A DNA stretch of 64,000 nt from Utricularia gibba (taxonomy: Eukaryota; Plantae; Magnoliophyta). Both the position numbers and the translations under genes were made by a program. Positions 37,774-49,773 of this stretch are shown piece after piece (position 1 is the first letter of the stretch; the number at the start of each line of letters is the position of its first letter). The stretch covers positions 1,922,001 through 1,986,000 of the forward strand of contig NEEC01000009.1 in assembly GCA_002189035.1 (NCBI GenBank), written 5' to 3'. The notes beneath the pieces were generated by a model. It was given only the letters and a program-made list of their open reading frames with translations, did no database searches and was not told the origin of the DNA.

Positions 37774-39744
37774 TTATCTCCTGCTCCCTCCATGCAAAGA
37801 CTTGTGTGATCCTGCAAACAGATCCAACAGCAAGCTTTCCAAGTCATCTGCTGTATACTTGATATGCTTTTCACTGATAAATCCACCATATCTTCCCACA
37901 AAGGAACGGTATGCCTGGATCACCGTCAATGATATCCAGATTAGGACATCATCCCTGAGAGCAATATCTGGGATAATCCATCCAGTTTGGTTCCGGTACA
38001 CTTCTTCGAATGTGAGGTAGAAGCAACGCAGTCTTTCTTTGAGGATGTTGGTTGAGTCGGAGTTTGAGAATGGATAGTTGATCCCCTCGTTTCCAAGGAA
38101 GGAGAGAATGCTGCTCCAAGCACACTTCTGATACTCCCTTGCATGATCGTGGACTTTCTGGATCCGTTTCCGTATCCATCCCTCACCTAGGACGGCCATC
38201 AGCTCAGGGCTCTTTGACTTCTCTGCAATGTAATGGATGTTGTTCATCAAGAAAATGTGCCTTATAGACTCATCTCTGTATAGCTTGGATATCTCTTCGA
38301 GGTTGGATTCAAGGATCGTGATAATGGATCTGAAATGCTCCTCTGTGGGGGAGATTTCAGAAGAGTCGTCGGCATGATCCCCGTTTCTGTGCTGAGTTCC
38401 AGTGTCTGGATCCACGGATTCGTTGTATAGGCCCTTCATAACCTCATCAAAACTACTTCTTGAATCTGTAAGAACTTTAAGGTAGTTCATGACGTAACTT
38501 GTGAGGCCATGGACTCCACCCCCAACTTTGATATTTTCAGAAGAACTTGAGGATACTGCCTTACGGAATTCAAGAAAAATGGACCTTGAATAATCTCCCA
38601 GTCTTCCAAGAACATACCTACATTCTGTTTTGATACCTGATCCAGCGTCAAAGGAGAAGAGTGACTCTAGCTTTGGAACAACGTCTGCTAGAGCCTCATA
38701 CATCATGAGAACCCGAATTAGCTTTTCCGGGCGATAAGGAGTAATGGAAATGGCTTCGCAGAAGTTGAGCAATGCCAGGATAGATGTCTTTGAAGAATCA
38801 AAGAAGGATGCATTGCTTACAGATCCAATATCACCGAAAATCTGATCTGCCAGAGACTTCTCAGCCACAAGTTGAACTTCAACAAAATCCCTGATGGCCC
38901 AGTTCCATTTCATGATCTCTGGCTCAAGATCCTCCCATTCCATCCTTAAGACATCTTCTATACTGCGCTTCTCCATTTCAAGAGTACAAAGATATTCATC
39001 CAACGCATCTTTCCTAACAACGGTGTAAACGTGAGAACATTCATGGCCATGATTCGAATCAAACATCAGTTTCGCAATCGCTCTCAAAAATGGGATAACA
39101 TCTGGAGGCACCAGCTCTGTGGCATATTCTTCAGATGCTCCACCAGCGCTATATCCTTGAACTACATATTCCGAGGTATCATTACCAGAGGATAAAATGG
39201 AGCCTTCGCCAGCTTGCTGATCCTCGGTAGAGCGAAACGATGTTGGCTCGTGCTCACATGCCTGCGGTTTCTGTACAAGCAAGCACCAGAATTCCTCTTC
39301 TAACCTAGCCATGCCTCTATAAAGGACATCACTAGAAAGATCAAACAAATCACATTCGTCACTGTCCCTACTCTCCAAAGTCTTCATCAGTCTATGGGCT
39401 TCTTCAATGTCATTCAAAAAATCATAAGCTTCTTCAGGGCCTGAATCCCATATCAACGACTGCTTCTCAAAACTTGTGATCTTTTCCTGAATCCTGTTCA
39501 AACGATGATCAATCTCATGAAACCCCTCGTTATCATCATCATCTTCTTCTTCTGTTCCATCAACTGCTCTGCTGTCTGAAGATTTACCAATATTCATCAA
39601 CCTAGCACCAAAATCTGCAAAAATCTTCCTACTCTCATCCCCTAAATTCTTCTTGGATTCCAATGCTACAATAATTTGCTCAAGGGCAGCAAACAACCTT
39701 TCTTCTTCTTCCACTGATGTCGTAGCAGACGACGACTCCCCCAT
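37774..39744 (-). CDS. EXO70E: Exocyst subunit EXO70 (E clade), intronless, 656 aa
   Basis: Single ORF with MARLEEEF, VRKDALDE, RPEKLIRVLMMYE, GGVHGLTSYVMNYL, IFLMNNIHYI and IKYTADDLE. Confidence 0.92.
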   Translation of the reverse strand: MGESSSATTSVEEEERLFAALEQIIVALESKKNLGDESRKIFADFGARLMNIGKSSDSRAVDGTEEEDDDDNEGFHEIDHRLNRIQEKITSFEKQSLIWDSGPEEAYDFLNDIEEAHRLMKTLESRDSDECDLFDLSSDVLYRGMARLEEEFWCLLVQKPQACEHEPTSFRSTEDQQAGEGSILSSGNDTSEYVVQGYSAGGASEEYATELVPPDVIPFLRAIAKLMFDSNHGHECSHVYTVVRKDALDEYLCTLEMEKRSIEDVLRMEWEDLEPEIMKWNWAIRDFVEVQLVAEKSLADQIFGDIGSVSNASFFDSSKTSILALLNFCEAISITPYRPEKLIRVLMMYEALADVVPKLESLFSFDAGSGIKTECRYVLGRLGDYSRSIFLEFRKAVSSSSSENIKVGGGVHGLTSYVMNYLKVLTDSRSSFDEVMKGLYNESVDPDTGTQHRNGDHADDSSEISPTEEHFRSIITILESNLEEISKLYRDESIRHIFLMNNIHYIAEKSKSPELMAVLGEGWIRKRIQKVHDHAREYQKCAWSSILSFLGNEGINYPFSNSDSTNILKERLRCFYLTFEEVYRNQTGWIIPDIALRDDVLIWISLTVIQAYRSFVGRYGGFISEKHIKYTADDLESLLLDLFAGSHKSLHGGSRR

Positions 39745-41399
39745 ATCCTAAGAGCTAAAATAGATGCCTTGATTACTTCCCAATAAGGCGCAAAATCAGT
39801 GGGGAAATAGATTCGAGAAGATTAAGAGCAAAGAATCGGTTGGGCGATAAAACTCTTCCTCAAATCGCAAATCATGGAACTCGAAACAAATGGACAAAGG
39901 AACCAAGACCCTCGAACCCACAAAACTCAAAGAACTGAAGATTAATTTTTTTTTCCAGAAAGCTGAAACCCAGAAAAGCTATCGAGGGAAACAGTACTCG
40001 AGAAGTACCAACCGTAAACCGGCAACTGATTGAGCCACCGTATGCAGATGGGTCTGCGGCGGATGATAATTGCAAACAAAGGTTTTGTTTTCCTTTTGCA
40101 TTTACTTTCATGAGACCCCCCTTGACCCCATCCCCGTGAAACTTACGGCAGCCTGTGTCTTCAAGTGAATGGGGTCCGGTTTCTGGACTTAAATGCTTCA
40201 AGTCGAATGTCCTCAACACAGTGCATCTGAAAACTTCAGCCAAATACTGCTATGAATAATTATAAAAATTAGGGCAGCTAATCTAGATTAGGAGTGGTGC
40301 TAACTGTTAATGACTTAATGTTGATTGGTCCGAGTTGGGGCCCATAGGGAGCATATGCTGACAAATAATTTCAGTTTTAAGTTAATAATAAATATTTACA
40401 AAGAGAACATCTAAAAACAATGGAGATCGCCGGCCCAGGGCTCTGAATCCCATCGGAATCGGTTCATCAACTTCGAGCTTCCCAGCACACAGACTTCATC
40501 AGATGCTCGCTCCTCCACGATGTCATACCTCGCCAAATCCGGCGGCGGAGATTCTCCCGGCCATTCCTTCGTTACCTGGTTCCGTCAACAAGTTTGCATC
40601 TGTTTCAATGTGCCATTCAAATCAACTTTTCCTGGGTTAGTTTCTGCTGGCTGACATTTGGAAGTGGGCATGAAATCCCAAGTCCAACTTTTGAGTGAAC
40701 TTGAGGTTATAACATTTCCATGGAGATTCTGTGGAGAAGATGAACAAAGCCAAATGGATTCAGCTAATGATGCAGAGATTTCAAAAAAAAAAAATGAGAA
40801 CTTTCTGGGGGAAGATCAAGGTTTGGTTGGAACTGCTAATTTTAGCATGATGCGTCGATCAGAAACGTATGGCATTAAAACCCGAAATTGGTGGTCGTCC
40901 CTCTGAAATGCCTCTTATTGTGAGAATAAACCCTAATCTTGCACCCTGTTCAATCTTTTCCACTCTGATTTCTCCCATTTCATTGTTTACGCGATCGTTT
41001 ATTGGTGTCCGGGTTTGTTCCTTTCCAGATTCTTTGGGCTGATTGCTGATCACTTGATTTTGGGGTTTAAAGGGGTATGAATCATGATCTCAATGCTTTT
41101 TATCATATCGGATTCTGTCGTCGGAATATTCGCTTGATATTTTTCGTTACCAGTTTCTAACATGAAGATGTTTATAGGATTTGTAACCAGAACATGGATA
41201 TGACTTTCATGCTATGGAGTTCCATTGCTTGAAAAAGATGATGGTGAGAAAGAAACAGAGAATTGATGAACATCCTGAATCTTTGATCATTTTCAGCTTC
41301 TTGTTTCCTATGTATGGCTACTGATTCTAGTCTCATTTTCTTCATTTAGCTGATATTTGAGTGGGTATTCAAACTGGGTTTGATCAGATGAGATGAGCC

Positions 41400-42384
41400 A
41401 TGGAATCTGAACATAGAAATCGAAACGATATCAAAACAACACGACCTTCAGAGAGTGGTCAGTGAACTTTTCGTGGACTCCGGGCTAATGAACTTTCACG
41501 TGTTTCTGTTTCTGCATCTGTATCTTTTTCTTCTTCTATCTCTGCATCAGAAAACGGAGGGCACGATGCTCTTCATGATTCCTTCAAGAAAAACATTGAA
41601 GGAGACGTAGTTGCAGACCCGGAGTCCATTTCTTCGCCAGAGAGTTCACATGCACCACAATGGAGCATGGTGAGTGCATCACCTGATGTATTCTCAATGA
41701 GATCTCCCATGGCAGTTCCTCCAGGATATGATCCGAAACGAATCCCATCATCAATATTCTCAACAAAAGCGGCGAATCAGACGGACTGGAGCATAACCTC
41801 TAACGAATCCTTATTCAGTATCAACATGGGGAAGTCAGGGGAGCTTCCCAGACTTGATGATTACAACCACACTCACCCTTACGATAGGAGATCCTGTGAA
41901 CTGAGTGGCACTCTCCCAACTGTCATGGAAGTTCCTGCACAGGAAGAAACCAGTGTTAACTCTAGCAATGTCTCCCCGCGGCACGACAAAACTGAGTCTT
42001 TCCAGGTGGGCATCGATAGCCATGGGGGCAAGAAGATGGGTGACTCTGTTAATCACCAACCTTCATTGAGCAACGCTCGCCTTTCTATGGAGAGTGGAAC
42101 CAGTGCCACTTCCTTCGCGTTCCCTCTGTAAGATGTTCATGATGGTGATCGATGTGATCTCATGGATTACACTCACAGCAATATGAAGCTGCTGTTGTTT
42201 CTGACATCTGAAAATTGATCGCAGTTTGACGAACGATGAGCTGAAAACTGGTTCTGTAAGGGAATCTACGACGAAACAAGAGAAAGAAGAGGCTCAGGAA
42301 GAACAAGAGCATAAAGAAATTGCCAAGACTCCTGCTAGAAGATGGTTCGGTTGGTTATCATGCTGGCCAGGGAGGTGTTGCTGA
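41400..42384 (+). CDS. Uncharacterised Ser-rich plant protein (GYDPxRIPSS / WSxxSNESLFSI family) with a Cys-rich C-terminus
   Basis: PGYDPKRIPSSIFS and WSITSNESLFSINMG, then SATSFAFPL. The intron 42128-42224 leads to the last exon ending WFGWLSCWPGRCC. The start at 41400 requires the probable intron 41458-41550; otherwise the start is 41667. Confidence 0.75.
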
Positions 42385-42577
42385 GCTTTTAGATGTGTGT
42401 TCTGCATCATGAACTTGCAGTAGCTTATGGCCATGAAATGTTTAGAAGAGAGTGAAGGAAAAAAATGTTACATTCCATTAGCATAAGAGACATTTTTTTG
42501 ACACTGCTTTGTTAACAAAGGGTCATTGCTTCTGAATGTTGATAAATCCTCTGAAAAAAACCAAGGATGAAATTAAA

Positions 42578-43497
42578 TTACAGGAGGGGGTAAGGATTCA
42601 CGACGATATGCTTCAAAGGGTGTTCAACGTCGCCGCCGCCGCCGTGCTTAACGAATTCTGCCGGCGAGAGAAAGAGGCCGTGGCAAACGCAGACGATTCT
42701 CACTTCTTCCCCTTTCTTGTATCTGTACAAGAATCCTCCCACTCTGTTAACCCCTACTCCCTTCGTACTCACGTACGGCATTTCCCTGAACGACTTATCA
42801 GCATCCCCGTCAACCAAAATCTCACTTTTGTTTCGATCCTTTTGCTGTTGAAGGCCAGAGCCCTGCTGCTTTGATCCTGTTTAGAAACATTAGTTGTTAA
42901 AGTCACGAATTTCTGGCTGTAAGGGGATATTGAATTGTCGGTTCGAGATCTGATACCATTTCCAGGCAGATCAGAAGCTCCAGATGAACAGCTGCTCGGA
43001 GTTTCACTAGATCCATCACTAGAAATCATCGCGAAGCCGCCGGATTCAAGCATTGGTTCATGCAACCCATTCCCGTTACCGTTATCCTTCATTGCTCTGG
43101 TATTCTTCAGCTTCTCCATTCTCTTTTTCCGGGCCTCCAGTCTCCTCATCGTGTGCCATTCCTTGCGGCGGCGCCACTCCTCCTCCGCCGCCGTGGGCAA
43201 CGATCTTGTCCTCAGTAGCTCCGACTCATTGACCAAGTGTGTGGCGTTGCTGCAGCTACTCTCCTCCGTGAACATCAAGTTCGCTATGGACGATGACCGT
43301 TTGAATTTTTTACTTGATGGATCTACCCCAAATCTTCCGTTCAATGAAAGCCCTAAACTTAACTCGATCTCATCTTCTTCCTCAACAGCTTCGCGTTTGA
43401 TGCCCTTCGAGCAAGGATTCTGTAACAGATCTCTAGAAATTCCATCAAGACGAAGCGAGAGATCGAATTTCTCGTCACCACCTTCACCCCCTTTCAT
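42578..43497 (-). CDS. AFP: NINJA-family ABI five-binding protein (AFP); exons 43497-42957, 42876-42578
   Basis: EAR motif [41 protein letters not shown] and the C-terminal MPYVSTKG...[23 protein letters not shown] domain. An 80-nt GT-AG intron joins the two ORFs in frame. Confidence 0.95.
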
Positions 43498-43840
43498 AAT
43501 TCAACACAGTATAATCAAATCCCCGTTAAACCCATACCAAGAAACATGCAGTCGAATCTGAAACCCGCGCCGCGCTCCTTCTTGCGAAAAAAACACAGCA
43601 AATTCTCCTCAATCCATCCTCCAGAACATCCCTCTTCTGAATCCCGGTCTCGAAACCAACCTCAGCAAACCAAAACCCGATTCATTTTCTCATTTTGGGA
43701 TTCGCGCAGAGGAGCCGAAAGAAACATGGGGACGCCATGAGGGTGCAGAGGCGCCAGAGAGAGGAGAAAAGGAGAGAACCTCGAGTACACAAAGACCAAA
43801 ACGCCCTGGAAAACGCTACGTAACTGCGTTCTGATGATTC

Positions 43841-44596
43841 CACGTGTTGGATAGAGGAAGCCCTAGATAAGACACGTGTCAGCAGTGCTGCCTTTCAAGT
43901 ATCTGTGCGCTCCAGTAGAAAACTTTCATTCATCAAAATATAATTTCAATATGTTTTAGATTAACCACCAATATTTCAAAAAAAATCTTTACAAAATAAA
44001 AAAATATTAAAAATATATTATTAAAAAATAAAAATATCAATGTAAGATAAAAAAAGTCAATTATTTGGAGGTACCACGTCCAATGACGTGTTGGTAATGA
44101 ATGCATTTTTATTGAACGTGCTTGGTTTTAAATATAGCAAAGGAGAGAATGGATGGACACGATGAATGTTGGTACGTGCGTGAGCGCGTCGGACCCGGAC
44201 ACGGGCATCTAGCCCCGGCGGACCACGTAGCAACAAGAACGAATCTTGGACACGGGGGGACACGCTACCCAAGCAGATGATGCCATGCGCCACATTGTGC
44301 ATTGAGATGAATGCCGAACCCTACACGTCACTCCATCATGTAATTAAATAAATAAAAAAACATGGGTTTTTAAGAATGACCATCTTACCCTTTGCCAAGT
44401 GGCGAATTTCTTTTTTAGGTGAGAATGTTATTACGTATTTTTGGGATGGAGTAAACGAGAGGATGATTGGTGTGGCCACGTGGGGTGTGGGGCCACCCAA
44501 GTGGCTTTGCTTTGGTTGGGAGAAATCGGGGACACGTGGAGGGATGCCTCAAGTGGCGAGATACGGACGACGCAAGTTGGCGACACGGACGCGTGG
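43841..44596. promoter_or_regulatory. ABRE/G-box cluster upstream of AFP
   Basis: CACGTG at 43841, 43873, 44477 and 44533; further ACGT cores at about 44076, 44086, 44116, 44174, 44225 and 44325; CE3-like ACGCGTGG at 44589. Confidence 0.7.
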
Positions 44597-45416
44597 AGAC
44601 ACGGACCACAACAGAGCACCGGATTCTTTAAATTATGGCCGCGCCGACACGCAACCCAGAGTTGCCGGCTGAAATTAATAATTCAAAATAAAATTTTATA
44701 ATTAAATATAAATTGGAAATTTGTAATTTATTAAAAAGAAGAAATGGTTATCTAACTCAAACAGTGAAATGCATAATTTATTTCATTAATTGCATAGTTT
44801 GTTTTTTTTATCCAAAACATAAGCGAACATTTAGGGTTGGCTGCCTTATTGCTAAATTTGAATTTGTATATTCAATTTTTATGATTTTACGTTTTTTTAA
44901 TTTTTACACTATCTTCACAAAAGTTTACCTATATTTAAATTAAACTAAGTCAAATACATTTTAACTTTGGATTTTTTATTAAAAATCATTGATCATGCTC
45001 AATAAAATAATTTGTGCACGATTTATGTAATGATTATGTTCGATCTCATACCTTTTCGCATGCGTAACCTATGCGTGAATTTGACTCGAGTACTTTCACA
45101 AAATTGACTGATGGATCCGTAATATAACTGATTATTTAATTTCAAAAATCAAAATTGCAAAATTATTAATTAATAGATTTTGTATTTTTATTCCATCCTC
45201 TAGGGCAACCACTGAACATGTACAAATCTAACATTACGTATGTGATAAAAAAAAATTTATTTTCCATTTTTCATTTTTTTATGGATATTTTATTTTATTT
45301 TTAGGTTGGAAAAGATGGAAATTTTTTCTACGGTAAGATCGAGAAGTCGCGCTTGAGGAGTTAAGCGCTTTATTCGGAATAAGCGATTGAGGCGCTTCAG
45401 GATCCCCAAACTTGCG

Positions 45417-45785
45417 ATGGCGAAATCCCTAATCCAGACACTCCGGCGATACATCAAGAAGCCATGGGAGATCACCGGGCCCGCAGCGCATCCGGAGTAC
45501 ATGGATGCGGTGCCCAGGGCGACGGAGTATCGTATCTTCAGCCCTGCGACACCGAAGGAGAAGGCGATTGTGCCCACCTCTCTGCCTGAGACGGTTTTCG
45601 ATATCAAGTACTTCGCACGAGACCAGCGTCGCAACCGTCCCCCCGTTACACGCACTTTCTTGAAGAAAGCGGACGTTGAGAGAATGAAAAAGGAGAAGGC
45701 TTTCGCTTTGGATGATTTTCCGAGGCCGTATCTGACTGCCAAAGTTGAGGAGGATGAGAATGCAATCGGCGGTGGATATCAGTAA
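45417..45785 (+). CDS. NADH:ubiquinone oxidoreductase complex I subunit B14.5a (NDUFA7-like), intronless CDS
   Basis: MAKSLIQTLRRYIKKPWEITGP..HPEY..AVPRATEYR, VFDIKYFARDQRRNRP and the C-terminus NAIGGGYQ. Confidence 0.92.
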   Translation: MAKSLIQTLRRYIKKPWEITGPAAHPEYMDAVPRATEYRIFSPATPKEKAIVPTSLPETVFDIKYFARDQRRNRPPVTRTFLKKADVERMKKEKAFALDDFPRPYLTAKVEEDENAIGGGYQ

Positions 45786-46851
45786 TGATGAGGCTATTGG
45801 GGTAAGACATTCCACTGCTAATTCAGCTGCACTCTCTTTTAAATCTACATCAATTCCTTACCTGGGCTATACGGGATTATTTGTTGAGTTGATAATCGTT
45901 TGTGAATGGTGATCCTTTTGCTTATTGGGTCACCTGTAACAGTCATATTCCTAGAGAATTCGGCATCTCGCCCTATAATGATTGCCATTAAGCTCTGACC
46001 TACGCTTGGGTAAAGTGAGACGATTACCCATATGATTGGATAACGATTTTTTCTGTTCTACTCTCGATAAGATCATTACATAACCTATCAAGTTTGTCGT
46101 CAATATGCTTGGCTTATCGTGTCTTACTTGCGTTTTGAAATGCTAACAGACAACAAGTGTTGAGTACTGTTGGGTGTTCCTTTAGTTAGTATCCTGATCG
46201 ATGAGTTGGAAATGGGAACTTTCTCATTATTGTTACTTTCCCGATAGTTAAATAAGCGGCTTCACTATTATGTGAATATATGTTTTTTGTTCCCTCACAG
46301 GCATGAGCATCTAAGTGCTTTCTGTTTCTGTTTATTTTCATATAACAGGCCTTGTATATCCAACGAATAATTTGACAAACTGTGGGCATCACCTTGTTGA
46401 GAAGGTATTTATGCTATGAAGCAGCTCGCTCTACTTCTTTGGACCTCATAATTCCGATGTCTTCCTTGTTTCTGTATTTCTGAAATACTGTAGTCATGGA
46501 TGAAATGTTCACCACATGATTTATAACTCGTGTCAAATTTTCCGGCCAATTAAACCAGCAATGAAGTGTGCTCTAGCACCTTCTCAGTTCGTAAAGATGA
46601 TTGCTGAAGTGTATTATGAGTCAGCTGAATAGGTGCTAACTCAACACGATGATTTCGGTGACCCTTCTTGACAATCTTTTATTTTTTTTCTTATTCCCCC
46701 ATATCTTTACTGATTATTAGAAACAAGCACATCTGGATGGAAAGCTCCATTTCTGAGGTAAATGGTTCATCAATAAGCATATCCACAACAAGTCTAGCAG
46801 TTTTGAAGCATGGAACAACAACCAGAAAGGAAAACCAGAGGAACTTCAATG

Positions 46852-47999
46852 TCACCACCTGCGCTTCATATTGACACGCCGAACAACTTGGGAGTAGAAG
46901 CCCCAGTCCTTGTCATTTTCATCGATGCTTCTCTGCCCGAACGGATGCAACTTGACACAGTTTGGTACACTTTCAGCCTCCAACAGACCTTCCAGATACA
47001 CTCGAAGATCACCTCCAGGACCTGCACATTTCCATTGCTCGTGTGCTGTTCGATATCATGCAACTGAAAGGAAGTGTGTGAAGAAACAACTTGCCTAACG
47101 AGCGATCCTCCGTATGCCGGTAAGAATAGGAATGTGGGAAAATTGCAGTGTTTACCTGAGGAACAACAGCAATTCCAACGCGTGACAGATGCTCGGTGAA
47201 TATGCTACACAGAAAAGAAGAGCCTTACAGGATTGAGCATGGCCTTGTAAGGAGTGTCATCCAGCAACAGGGTGTTGGATTCATCGTACTGGTTTCTTGA
47301 ATCCCAGATTCTTTTCATCTCCTTAAACACCAATGGTTTATAACGGTTGTCAAGGGTATTGGATCCTGATGGAGTACAGTGGGAGGCATCCTGAAGCACT
47401 CCAAAACCAGTTAGAAATTGTGATCTGTTGTAATGATGATAAATGTTATTGATGCAGGTTGGTGCCGCACCATGCAAAACAGCAGCTTTTCCTTCAGTTT
47501 CCCGAGTATGCAATTGATTATCGGATCCAACACTTTCCTATTCATCACCAAAGACACCATCAGAGAACCAGAGTATGTAATTTGGAGACGAAAGTAGAGG
47601 ATGCAAAAAGTCCAAGCCCCTTTACATACTTTGTTCTGGAAGACCAGATCCCCACATCAAAATTCTCGAAACAGAAGCTGAGGAAGTCATCACAGAAAGG
47701 TCTTTTGAAAACTGCAGAAGAAGAAGAACAATCAAGGACATCCGTACAAGCATCAGCAGTATTAAACGTTAACTTTACTTGCTCTGCCCATGATAGAAGC
47801 ATGCGGTGTGCATCCCGGAGGTTTAGGCATGACTACGTCAGCAAGCAATCCGTTGACGTCGAGGATCAGAAGCTTCTTCTTCTTGGGGCCGTGTAGATGA
47901 TGTGGCATGGGGTTGTGCTTGATGCTCGGCTACGGGTTTTATCCCCAGAGATCCAAGTCTTGCCGATACATCCGCAACTTGCTCTTCCTGATCCGCCAT
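46852..47999 (-). CDS. HAD-superfamily NIF/FCP1-homology domain protein (plant DxNGLL type), multi-exon; start uncertain (47999 with a frameshift, or 47908)
   Basis: KKKLLILDVNGLLADVV, VFKRPFCDDFLSFCFENFDVGIWSSRT, KPLVFKEMKRIW, NTLLLDDTPYKAMLNP and GPGGDLRVYLEGLLEAE..HPFGQ. Confidence 0.85.
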
Positions 48000-49564
48000 C
48001 TGATCACTGAAATGGGATTTTCAGAGGTAAATGGGATAATATTCTTGAGGGCTGACCAGAACTCGAAAGCAGGGGACTGTGTGTGTGGGCGGAAGATGGG
48101 CTGAACCATTCTGTGTATTTAAAGATTCCCTGTTTTGCTTTTACTTTAGCTTTTGTTTGAGTAGATGACTCTAACACGCAAGGGACGGCAGTAATGCCAT
48201 GTTCCGGTAAGAGGATCAGGCGGCTGGCCTGTTAACCCGATCTCATTTATCTCACACACACTAACCACAAAAAAATACACGTAGATTGTTTAGTTTTCTA
48301 AACACAGTAAAACATGGTGGGTATTTTTCAAATTAAATCATCAAGGAACTCCGCTAGGCGGCGGCGCTGACGGCTACTAAAACAATGCTAAATAATATTA
48401 TTAATTGATCAGAAAATTAGTAAAATACACATTTTAGAAAAAGTCATTGGCAAAATACAAAAAATTGGAAAATGTTTTGAAAAATATATGTTTTTTACAA
48501 AATCAATGCTAATTATTCACTACTATTTCAATCTACTGAATGATAAAATTCACGTTGTAACCAATTTTATAATTCATTCATTGTTAATCCACTCCACTAA
48601 ATGATAAGATTTCACTGTTAAATCATATTTAGTGATTTCTGAAAATGCTGACATGTCATTTCTGGAAATCACTTTATTTTTACGGAAATCATTTTTATTC
48701 TGAGTTATATGCTGCGAAAATCATTTTGAGTAAACTGAGTTTTCTCATATAAACTCAATAAGGGAAGCCACGTCATCATTTAATGAATAAAGATGATCTT
48801 ATAATAAATATCATTGTACAAAATCATTGACGCATCTATAGAAAACATATATTTTAATAACTCATTTGTTACTTTAGTCTTTACCAATACATATTTTTTA
48901 AATATGTATTTCATCAATCAGACTTACCAGTCAGCAGTTTATTCATTAGTTCTCAATATTCACAAATGTGCCCATATTTTATTAACTTCAATAATTAATT
49001 ATTTAATATGATAATATTGATTGGATTCGGAATTATTAAATCATATTTAACCTTTAAATAAATGCTAAAATATAAAAAATTAAACATTATATTTGTCTTT
49101 AATTAATATTATTTAATATTATCAGTAAAGACTAGATGCTTATATTATTGGATGGCTTAGTATAAAAAACTAGCGACACCAGTTTTTTTTTGCTGTGAGG
49201 GCCTCATTTATTGTAATAATTATTATGCGACCCCAATACACCCCTACACAGCTGCCAAATTGCCTTGTTGGGCCATGGTGTACCACTTTAAATTGCATTT
49301 CGTGCATTATTTTATTATACTTTGACCCCAATAATTTAGTAAATTTCCACACCCGTGTCTCAGGGCCCGCCCGGTCCAACTAAGCAGGTATAACCTTCAC
49401 ATTTATTCCTTTTATCCAACGACCAACATTACGGGTGTATTTTCAATTCCATATAAATATGGTGCTTCGAATGAAGAATCCAGAAAGTTGAGAAGCCAAA
49501 TTGTAAATAAACCAAAAGGGGGGTGGCGGGTGAACTGGTTTCTCTTAAAAGGTTCTTCTTCTTC

Positions 49565-49588
49565 TGCTGCTGCTGCTGCTGCTGCTGC
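49565..49588. repeat. (TGC)8 microsatellite in the MES 5' region
   Basis: Direct reading. Confidence 0.9.
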
Positions 49589-49773
49589 TCTGGTTCTACT
49601 TCCTACCGTTTCCGTGTTACGAGTTCTTGGCGTATTCTTGCTATTTGTCTCCGTGACTGCGATCAAACTTGTGGACGGCGGCCGTGCGTACCGGTCGACT
49701 CCGCTGCTGTTGCTCTTAAGTGCATGCAGTGACCGAATAGGAGGAGCTGCTCAAAATCCGATTGCATTTGGTA

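Noticed and set aside
16260-39744. Two exocyst subunits (SEC15A, EXO70E) within about 20 kb as a functional cluster
   Set aside because: They are separated by seven unrelated genes and probably belong to different ancestral blocks; EXO70 is a large family, so chance proximity is plausible.
42876-42957. Apparent frameshift between the two AFP ORFs
   Set aside because: Explained by an 80-nt GT-AG intron (42956-42877) that joins them in frame.
42935-43561. 208-aa plus-strand ORF
   Set aside because: It is the antisense shadow of AFP exon 1, with no recognisable protein features.
45290-45815. 150-aa and 128-aa minus-strand ORFs
   Set aside because: They are antisense shadows of the complex I B14.5a CDS.
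48631-48671. Imperfect palindrome centred on TGACATGTCA
   Set aside because: Short, gapped and in AT-rich sequence, with no TIR/TSD context.
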